The position numbers and the translations under genes are program-made. A stretch of 40,556 bases of DNA from Ascoidea asiatica JCM 7603 (Eukaryota > Fungi > Ascomycota): contig BCKQ01000019.1 in NCBI GenBank assembly GCA_001600695.1, positions 46,278 through 86,833 of the forward strand. Direction: 5' to 3'. Below are positions 32,208 to 40,556 of this stretch, in pieces; within the stretch, counting starts at the first letter, position 1, and each line of letters starts with the position of its first letter. The notes under the pieces are model-generated. The model ran no database searches and was not told the DNA's origin. It worked only from the letters and a program-made list of their open reading frames with translations.

Positions 32208-33450
32208 CAACTATATTGAATATTTGTATTATTACTTGTCTATTGTATGTTTCTCTTTAAAGTGACTTTACTTTATATATTTTGATTATTTCAAATATTT
32301 CATTTGATTCCAAATAAATAATAAACATGAGAATTAAATTTACAATTTCTACAGAATTAAAAACGACTCCACATATATGGATATTCTATTACGTAACATA
32401 TAAGGTAATTTCTTATCACATGCAAAGGCAAAGCGTAAATTCGGAGCCGAACTCAGTAGCAAACACGGTGACATGAAATCACCTTAACGAACGTGGTATG
32501 AAACGCAATATCTCCATTGATGTTTTGGAACGCGATAGCTTGCGCATGTGTTAAGCGCAACGCTCTTATACCGCAAAAACGGGGGTGCCCACATGGGCGT
32601 GCTAGCCAACGTTGCGTTCTTTTAGGAAACACTGAGACAGCGAATTCTTCAAGAAATATATTCAGGAGCAGAAATAAATAGTAACAACTTGATCTTTTAG
32701 CATTTTTGATGATGAAGAATAGAGTAAAAAGTTACAAGATGTTGGAGGAAATGGGAATATCACAAGAAGAAGACGAAGATGAATATATGAAGTGAGGAAT
32801 TCAAATGAGGAAAAAAATCAATGGTGTTCTGCCTGACATACATAATCATATTTTTAAAAGTTAATTCATCTAAAACTATTATTCCCCAAATCATATTTGA
32901 CGAAGAAAATGCTTTTTTTAGTCTATTGACTGAGTTCAATTGACTAGATTATATTGATTTATTCTTGCTTATTGGTTTCTATTGATTGTTAATTCAAAAA
33001 ATGAATTTCAATAAGTTAATCCCGAAAAATGGCAGACGTTTAAAGGTAATTGATCTTCATCTTTTTTACATTATCTCAAATTGGTATTTTATGGAAGTTT
33101 TAGTGACATTAATTTGTATTTTTGGGTAAAAATGATGCTGATTTTTGTTGAGCTTTATTACTTTTTATGTCATTTCGATTCCTGAATTTCAATTTTAATT
33201 GATTTAATTTAAATTTTGATCATGTTTTGAAGTATTAACTGAAAGCGTTGACCATCGTTAATTGATTATATCGAATTCTATTCATTATTTGTTATTTACT
33301 ATGAGATAATGGAGAAATCGAATAGTATATATATATACATATGTCTTCATATCTTTCTTCTGCATTACGTCTACCAACTACATCCTTCATCTGTATCATT
33401 ATCATTACCATTACCATTATTATTGCTGCTGATAGTTCCTGTTAGTCAAA

Positions 33451-35865
33451 ATGAATTTGATTCAAATCTTTGATTCAAACTTAATTCAAGAATACTTATA
33501 TTCAACCAAAGCTTCAATTTTTCTATTGTATTCAATCTTTACTTTTTCTTTTTTCATTGTTTTAGATTCTTATCTTAATAATGCAATTTCTTCAATTTTA
33601 ATTTTTATTTGGGCTTGTTTTTTAAAGCCATTTTCAACAGATGCAAAATCAAATTCTAATTCAAACTCAGGTTCAAGTTCAATACAAAATAATAAACATC
33701 AATTGTATTTAGAATCTTTCTATAACACTCAAGCCGATATTTATGATACAACAAGAAAATTCTTACTCAAAGGAAGGGAATCTTGTTTAAGATTATCAAT
33801 TTCCCATTTAAATTTATCTAGCAATAGCATCCAATTTCAAAACAAAAATAATAAAAAAAATGAATTAGTCTGGATTGATATAGGTGGTGGTACAGGTTCA
33901 AATATTAATTATATGGATAATATTTTAAATATTGAAGAAAATTTTAAATCAATTTATTTAATTGATTTATCTCCATCATTATGTAAAATTGCAAAAAAAA
34001 ATTTAATTGATAATAATACCAATAAAAATTGGTCAAAAATCATTAATATTATTTGTGCTGATGCTTGTGATTTTCCAATTGATCCAAATTTAATTAAAGC
34101 TGATTTAATTACTTTTTCATATTCTTTATCAATGATTCCAACTTACTATTCTGCTATTGATAATTCAATAAAATATTTAAAGAAAGATACTGGAATAATT
34201 TCTGTTATTGATTTCGGTGTGCAGTCTTCTGCTACTTCAATTGGTAGAATCAATACTCTTGGTGGTTTTCAAAATAGATATATCCCTTGGTTACAAAGAA
34301 CTTTCTGGAAATTATGGTTTGAATGCGATAGAGTTTTTCTTGATCCTTCAATTAGAAATTATCTTGAATATAAATATGGTACTATAAAATCTTTAAATTT
34401 GAGAAATAATTTACTTGGTGCAATTCCTTATTATATTTGGATTGGTAAAAATAAAGAGATAAGTTTATTGAGCACCAATAATATCGATATTAGTACAAAT
34501 AATTCAGTTCAAGTTTTTAATAAGAGCAACCATAATAATAGTAAAAAATTCAATGGTATTCAAGAAGCAATTATCAATTCCAATAAAAATTTGCCTTTTC
34601 CATCAATTTTTTATCAAAATGAAAATATCAGGGAATATTATAATGAAACTAATCATCATTTTGATCAATTCAAAAATGAATATATTTATGCTTTTACCTG
34701 GGAAGATCCAAGAGAAGATAATAAAATTTTAAATATAAATTCAAATGATACTTTATTAGCTATAACTTCTGCAGGTGATAACTTATTGTCTTATGCTTCT
34801 TTAAATACTCCTCCAAAAGAAATTCATGGGGTTGATTTAAATCCTGCACAAAATCATTTATGTGAATTGAAAATTGTTTCATTGAAATATTTATCTTATG
34901 ATGAAGTTTGGAGAATGTTCGGAGAAGGTAAAATTGAGAATTTCAAAGAAATCTTAATTGATAAATTATCTTATCATTTATCTTCTTCTTGTTTTCAATA
35001 TTGGTATTATAATGGTGAAAAAATCTTTAATATTAATGGTAACGGTTTATATTATGATAGTGGCTGTACAAGATGGGCTTTAAAATTTGCTAAATATCTT
35101 TTCAAACTTTTCAGAATTGAAAATGAAATTTCAAAATTATGTTCTGCAAAATCAATGACTGAACAAAAAAAAATCTGGGAAAATATCAAACCAGTTTTAT
35201 TTAACCCAGTTGTTTCAAATATTTTCATTAATAATAGTTTATTTCTTTGGAAAGCTTTAGGTGTTCCCGTGAATCAAGCAAATTTAATCAAAGAATCAAT
35301 GTTTGATTATGTTTATAATACAATTGATCCACTTATTGATAGATCATTGATTTCAACAGATAACTATTTTTATTATTTAACATTGATGGGAAGATATGAA
35401 TTGAATAACTGTCCAGATTATTTAGTTGCTAAAAATCAGTCAAGATTCAAACAAAATGATTTAAATTTCAAAACAAATCCTTTAAATAATATTCATTTAC
35501 ATACTGATACTTTAGAAGTAGTTTTCTCAAGATTACCAAAGGAGTCATTAACAATTGTTATAATTATGGATCATATGGATTGGTTTAGTCCAGAGTTAAA
35601 ACAGGCTAGTGATGAAGTTGATAATATTTACAAAGTTTTAAAAGCAGGAGGAAAGGTTTTATTAAGATCAGCTTCTACTGAGCCATGGTACATTAAAGAA
35701 TTTGAAGCTAAAGGATTTAGTTGTAAAGCTGTTGGTGTTAGAAAAGCTGGTAGAAGTATTGATAGAGTCAATATGTATGCTTCCACTTGGTTATGTACTA
35801 AAATTTTAGATTATGAATCCAGAAAATCATATGAAAATAAAAGAAATAGTAAGGAAGCTTTGTGA
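33451..35865 (+). CDS. BTA1: Betaine lipid (DGTS) synthase, fused BtaB methyltransferase + BtaA domain
   Basis: LESFYNTQADIYDTTR, WIDIGGGTG SAM motif, TFSYSLSMIP, YIYAFTWEDPRED, AITSAGDN, VDLNPAQNHL, IMDHMDWF and DRVNMYASTW. Confidence 0.92.
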   Translation: MNLIQIFDSNLIQEYLYSTKASIFLLYSIFTFSFFIVLDSYLNNAISSILIFIWACFLKPFSTDAKSNSNSNSGSSSIQNNKHQLYLESFYNTQADIYDTTRKFLLKGRESCLRLSISHLNLSSNSIQFQNKNNKKNELVWIDIGGGTGSNINYMDNILNIEENFKSIYLIDLSPSLCKIAKKNLIDNNTNKNWSKIINIICADACDFPIDPNLIKADLITFSYSLSMIPTYYSAIDNSIKYLKKDTGIISVIDFGVQSSATSIGRINTLGGFQNRYIPWLQRTFWKLWFECDRVFLDPSIRNYLEYKYGTIKSLNLRNNLLGAIPYYIWIGKNKEISLLSTNNIDISTNNSVQVFNKSNHNNSKKFNGIQEAIINSNKNLPFPSIFYQNENIREYYNETNHHFDQFKNEYIYAFTWEDPREDNKILNINSNDTLLAITSAGDNLLSYASLNTPPKEIHGVDLNPAQNHLCELKIVSLKYLSYDEVWRMFGEGKIENFKEILIDKLSYHLSSSCFQYWYYNGEKIFNINGNGLYYDSGCTRWALKFAKYLFKLFRIENEISKLCSAKSMTEQKKIWENIKPVLFNPVVSNIFINNSLFLWKALGVPVNQANLIKESMFDYVYNTIDPLIDRSLISTDNYFYYLTLMGRYELNNCPDYLVAKNQSRFKQNDLNFKTNPLNNIHLHTDTLEVVFSRLPKESLTIVIIMDHMDWFSPELKQASDEVDNIYKVLKAGGKVLLRSASTEPWYIKEFEAKGFSCKAVGVRKAGRSIDRVNMYASTWLCTKILDYESRKSYENKRNSKEAL

Positions 35866-36175
35866 AACTATTTTAGTTTAGATATTTATTTTTTTTTTTT
35901 AAGTTTTGTTTATTATTATTTAATTTTTGTTATATTTATGCGTTATTATGTTCTCTTTTAAAATTTTTATCACTTTTATGCTAACTTAACTTATATTCTT
36001 GAAGATCAATTTACATAATTCTTTTTTATAAAAAATCTGAATTAATGCTATAGACTATTTGAATTGAAAAAAATTTCAGAAAAATAAGTTGTTGTGTGTA
36101 TAAATGTGAGTAAGCTATTATGATTTCTAACACTCTATATTATAGTTATGAAAAATGTAGTGTATTTTGTTATTT

Positions 36176-37306
36176 TTAAACAGGACTTCCATTCAAGGAT
36201 ATATTTGAAACATCAACAATATCATAAAACATTTTCCAAAAACCTTGAGAATTAATGAATTCTCCAACAAAAATACCATTTTTATTATCAGATTCTTTTA
36301 AAACTTCAATCATTCCTTTTTTTTCACCCTCAGGTATTACATTAATAAATTTTCTTTCGAAAGTTATATTTAAATTATAATTATAATATAAATAAGGATC
36401 CTTTATTGATATATTATCGAGATGTAAAAAGGATAATAGTAAAGATATAGTAAGAGGATCATGAATTGCAGGACCATTCATAAAATTATGAATTTTAATG
36501 CAAGATTTTCTATAAAAAGAAAGAGAGTCATAGATTACTTTTGAAAGACTAGAGTTTTTTAAATCAATGGTATTTAAAACTTCATCATTTGCAATAATTT
36601 GATGAGTCAAATTCAATGGAGATAATAAAATTTTATTCTGAATATCCTTAAAGTTAAATAATATATTTGCAGCTAAAGAGTCTGACCAAAAATTAAATTC
36701 GGAGAATTTAGTCACATTACCAAAGTTAAAAGAACCACCCATAATTGAAATTAATTTGACTTTTGAGATCAAATAAGGATAATGTTGAAATAGTAAAGAT
36801 ATGTTTGTACATGGACCTGTAATTATGATAATAATTTCATTTTCATTCTCTTCAATTGTTTTCTTCAAAATATCTAATAAACTTTTAATATTTTCTTTTT
36901 CATTTTCATTACCATTACAATTTTGTAAATTTTGAAATAAATCTGTGTTTTCAAGTAAAATTTTCTTTCTTAATTGATTTATACAATCTGAACCTTCCAA
37001 GCCTGTAGAACCATGAATTTGTTCACCTTTTTTTATCGAAATAGAATTATCCACTGAAGTATTACTAGATTTTGAAAAAGGTTTTGAACAGCCTGGAAAT
37101 ACTCTTATTTCGTCTCTATTTAAAAGTTTTAGAATCGTTAAAGCATTTAAAGTTGTTGAATATAAAGAAGAATTTCCATTAACAGTTGACAACCCCAATA
37201 AATTAAAAGAAGGATGAAAAGTTGCCATTATAATAGCCAAAAAATCATCAATACCTGGATCACAATCAATCCATATTGGAATTTTTTTATCTATATTTGT
37301 AACCAT
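36176..37306 (-). CDS. URH1: Inosine/uridine-preferring nucleoside hydrolase (Urh1-like)
   Basis: IPIWIDCDPGIDD Ca-binding Asp cluster, IHGSTGL, TGPCTN, IMGG, EFNFWSD and PAIHDP. First ATG at 37306; the track start is TTG. Confidence 0.85.
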   Translation of the reverse strand: MVTNIDKKIPIWIDCDPGIDDFLAIIMATFHPSFNLLGLSTVNGNSSLYSTTLNALTILKLLNRDEIRVFPGCSKPFSKSSNTSVDNSISIKKGEQIHGSTGLEGSDCINQLRKKILLENTDLFQNLQNCNGNENEKENIKSLLDILKKTIEENENEIIIIITGPCTNISLLFQHYPYLISKVKLISIMGGSFNFGNVTKFSEFNFWSDSLAANILFNFKDIQNKILLSPLNLTHQIIANDEVLNTIDLKNSSLSKVIYDSLSFYRKSCIKIHNFMNGPAIHDPLTISLLLSFLHLDNISIKDPYLYYNYNLNITFERKFINVIPEGEKKGMIEVLKESDNKNGIFVGEFINSQGFWKMFYDIVDVSNISLNGSPV

Positions 37307-37960
37307 TTCTTGTCTAATATTTTTGATGAAATTAATTGACAATGTGTATGAAAAATACAAGTAAATTATATAAGAAAAAAAAAGAAAGAAAAAAAGAAAA
37401 GGATACGAGGGATCTTATTATATATAAATGAATAAGAAACTAGATATTGAAAATAATTGATATTTTATTCTCCAAGTCAGTTCTTTTGAAGTCAGAGAAT
37501 AAATAAAAACATTTTGGATTCAAGATTATCCGAAATAACCAGTGAAAAGAAACACCACCAGGATAATAAAGTGAGAAAGGTAATAACATTGGCGAAATAT
37601 ACGTCAAAAGTGTCAAACGTTTTATACATTTCTATATTTATCCTAAACTATCTATATCATTATGCTTATTCACACTTTCAATACTATCTAGTTACTACTT
37701 CATTTACATTCATATATTCATTCATCAGCCATTCAATTTACTTGTAATTCATTCATCATTCCTTCATCTTTCTTTATTTATTTATTTTTGTTCAGTTGTG
37801 AATGACCAGCGAAGACAAAAATCTCCACACCGAAACATTTCCCCATTAGGGCATTTGTGCGGACTTAAGATGACTATCATTTATTTCGAAATATTTTCAT
37901 TTATTTTAACTAACTAAAAGATAGAAAGATTAAAAGAATAAAAATTATAGAAAACAAAAC

Positions 37961-39376
37961 TCAGTTGCCAGTGGAGCTGAAGAAGTTATGGAAATAATCA
38001 TCGACAATTTCTCTTCTTTGAAGATTCTCAAACTTAAATGATCCTGCCATCTCATCCAATTCCTCATAACTCATGTCTTTGAAATAACTAGCGAATTCAT
38101 AAGTGAGATACTGACTTAAAACCATTTCTCTAATAACTCTGTCAATGTAAATATTAATTCCAAAGCCAGAAGGATAAACAGAATCGTGAAATTCCTTAGG
38201 AATAACTTCCCTGAAATGTTTTTTAACATCATCATAAATACCTTCAACTTCTGGTGATCCATTTTTATGCCATCTATCTAAACCAAGACTTTTCTTTTTC
38301 AAAAGCCAATTCTCAAAAGTTTTATAATATTTACTATCTCTTTTTATGAAAGTCAATGCTTCACAATCGACATCCTTAAATAACCAAAAAGACCAACTAA
38401 TCTTTTCTTTTTCATAAATTTCAACTTGATCTTTGAAAATTTTAAAAGAAATATCATCATCTTTTTTTTCATTTTCAATTAATTCCATTGAATGAACAGG
38501 TCCAAATTCACCATTCCAAATTGGAATTTGTAAATCTTTAATATATTTAGCTTTTTCATAATATGAATCTAGTAGTTTTTTTTTCTGTTTTTCATTTCCT
38601 TTATATACCTCTTTTTCAAAACCTACGGCATAATCATGAATTGAATAAACTGAATTTTTAAATGGAATTTTAGGAAAGTTCGAAAAATCCATTGAATATG
38701 TATTTGCATCTAAAAATAAAATATGATTGGAATCAATTTCTCTAATTTTTTCCTCTATTTTTTCATAAAATTCAATTAATCTATAACCTTTTGAATCTGC
38801 AGGTTCATTTAATGGATTATATCCTGCAATCCATTTATTATCTTTAAAATGTTTTGAAATTTCAATTAATAAATTTATCATACTTTCTTGAAATATATCA
38901 AATTTCCAAAATAGACTTTTATGTATACCAGAATCTGAATGCCAATCTTGATTTTGTCCACCAGGTACAGAATGTAAATCAAGTATAACATAAATCTCAT
39001 TTTTTGAACAAATATCAACAACTCTATCCAATAATTTAAAACCATTTGGATTGATTTTGAATAAATCATTATCATCAATAAAATGTCTATAATTAAATGG
39101 TAATCTTAAACAATTTAAATTCAAAGATTTGAAATATTTTGCATCTTTATCTGTCCAAAAATATTCATAAAATTTATCAAAAAAAAAATTATACTTCTCT
39201 AAACCAATTTCTTTTAGAAGTGCTTCTTTGAATTCATTCTCATGCCCAGGATATCCAGTAATAAAATTTTCCATATTCAAAAACCCACCAATTGCTAAAC
39301 CCCTTAACTGAACTACTTCTTTAGAAGAAGAGTCAATAATATTTGTTCCTTCAACTTTTAAAAATCCTTTACTCAT
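37961..39376 (-). CDS. Cytosolic glycoside hydrolase family 5 (GH5_22-like, similar to yeast EGC-type enzymes)
   Basis: LNMENFITGYPGHE, LRLPFNYRHF, LDLHSVPGGQNQDWHSD, acid/base NEP and nucleophile WNGEFGP; no signal peptide. First ATG at 39376. Confidence 0.9.
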   Translation of the reverse strand: MSKGFLKVEGTNIIDSSSKEVVQLRGLAIGGFLNMENFITGYPGHENEFKEALLKEIGLEKYNFFFDKFYEYFWTDKDAKYFKSLNLNCLRLPFNYRHFIDDNDLFKINPNGFKLLDRVVDICSKNEIYVILDLHSVPGGQNQDWHSDSGIHKSLFWKFDIFQESMINLLIEISKHFKDNKWIAGYNPLNEPADSKGYRLIEFYEKIEEKIREIDSNHILFLDANTYSMDFSNFPKIPFKNSVYSIHDYAVGFEKEVYKGNEKQKKKLLDSYYEKAKYIKDLQIPIWNGEFGPVHSMELIENEKKDDDISFKIFKDQVEIYEKEKISWSFWLFKDVDCEALTFIKRDSKYYKTFENWLLKKKSLGLDRWHKNGSPEVEGIYDDVKKHFREVIPKEFHDSVYPSGFGINIYIDRVIREMVLSQYLTYEFASYFKDMSYEELDEMAGSFKFENLQRREIVDDYFHNFFSSTGN

Positions 39377-39620
39377 TTTTCCCAAATTTAAACGTATACT
39401 TTATTATTTTAGTATTTCTTAAATACAAAAACAACTGTAATATATAGGATTTCTTGCCTTATATGTACTATATCTATACAGTATATATTATTCTGAACTT
39501 TTTTTTTAGATTTCTTGAAAAAATACAAATGAGAAATCGAATAAAAAGAATAGTTTCAAAGGATATTCACATAACAATAAAAATGAGTCTGAATATCAAA
39601 TCAAAATTCAATAATAGGTA

Positions 39621-39631
39621 AAAAACTGGGG
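39621..39631 (+). promoter_or_regulatory. Mig1/CreA-type site AAAAA-CTGGGG upstream of GH5
   Basis: Full AT-box + GC-box consensus; further SYGGRG matches on the minus strand at 39888-39893 and 39940-39945. Confidence 0.55.
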
Positions 39632-40313
39632 AAAATCGGTTGATATTCTCTTAAAATTACTCTGTCAAAGCCTAAAAAAGAAACAGATTCAATTTAGGAA
39701 AGACTTCAGCAAATAAATAAATATCAATGACATAAAAAAAACTGGGTTTTGAAAGCTTATAGATTTTGTGTCAGAGTAAATTACTCCCAAAAACACCATT
39801 ATCAAACAAATTAAATTTTCTTACCTGGTATATGTTTTTTATTGTTGCACTGAGACCTGCAGGTAACGTTCAAAGAATCCCGCTCTTCCCCGGAACTTTA
39901 CTTTATAAGCCCAATTATTGGCACTTAACTTATAAACTGCTCCACATTTGGGGCCTATTTAGGAATTTTTCCTAATTTAAACTATTAAGGTTTTAAATAA
40001 GCTTAACATTTCATTATAACGTTTTGAATGTGCATTATTCAAACATGGGGTGGGTCCTTTTTGGCCAGATTTGGTCTGTCGTAAAGAATTTCATTTCGAG
40101 ATAGTAAAAACAGATACTTTGATTTTTGTAATAAAAGAAAGGTGAAATATTACTACTACTACGTATAAAGTGAAACTAAAATCAGAAACATAAATTGAGT
40201 TCATAACAGCCTTACAAAAAATAAAAAAAAGAAGAATAAGAAAAACTAAGAATAGAGAACGCAAGAACATAAGAATAATAGAAGATATAAAAAACAATCA
40301 TAAAAATAAAACT

Positions 40314-40556
40314 TCAAACTTCTTCCACATGAGAAATACTTGATTTTAAATTAACTTTTTCAGTTTTAATTTTTTCAACAATTTCATTAACTTTATCTTC
40401 ACCATCAAAATATTTTGCAATTTCTTCTAATGGAGTATTACTTGTTTCAACAAATAAGAAATAGATAACAACAACTTCAAAAGCTAAGAAACAACAATAA
40501 AATATATAATATTTCCAGTGAATTGCATCTAAAGCAATTGGATTAACATATTGATT
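40314..40556 (-). CDS. 3' end of an MFS sugar porter, Lac12/cellodextrin-transporter-like; enters from the right edge
   Basis: Manual translation: NQYVNPIALDAIHWKYYIFYCCFLAFEVVVIYFLFVETSNTPLEEIAKYFDGEDKVNEIVEKIKTEKVNLKSSISHVEEV-TGA. 'NQYVNPIAL..I.WKYY' and 'VET..TPLEEI..FDG' are family signatures. Absent from the ORF track. Confidence 0.88.
   Translation of the reverse strand, partial: NQYVNPIALDAIHWKYYIFYCCFLAFEVVVIYFLFVETSNTPLEEIAKYFDGEDKVNEIVEKIKTEKVNLKSSISHVEEV

Noticed and set aside
37961-38230. More G/C-ending codons at the GH5 3' end as a sign of chimerism or horizontal transfer
   Set aside because: Similar local GC shifts occur in native SLA1; not quantifiable by eye.
39820-39870. 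CTTACCTGG...TTGCACT resembling U1 snRNA
   Set aside because: No stem-loop I GATCA motif or proper spacing; TTACCTG is instead paired by CAGGTAA.
40091-40297. 68-aa hydrophobic minus-strand ORF
   Set aside because: Non-ATG start in the T-rich 3' UTR of the porter; a compositional artefact.

Overview
Very AT-rich, intron-poor nuclear DNA from a budding yeast (Saccharomycotina), with Asn-rich proteins. The left and centre form a housekeeping block: PMR1, MCM4, TAL1, an EPS1-like PDI, ERG7, NOP1 and SLA1. This block is interrupted at 14.5-17.9 kb by a non-conserved island containing a multiply frameshifted gene relic, a Lys/Ser-rich orphan ORF and an intron-containing tRNA-Arg(ACG) lacking the 5' strand of its T-stem. 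The right third looks accessory: a DHA2-type MFS pump with PDRE-type CGG sites, an adjacent Zn2Cys6 factor, betaine-lipid synthase BTA1, a URH1-like nucleoside hydrolase, a cytosolic GH5 and a Lac12/cellodextrin-type sugar porter. Both window edges cut minus-strand sugar porters of that same family, and the ORF track misses both. The left porter has an 11-bp minisatellite made of Mig1/CreA-type sites upstream. All calls come from motif recognition by eye; no searches were run.
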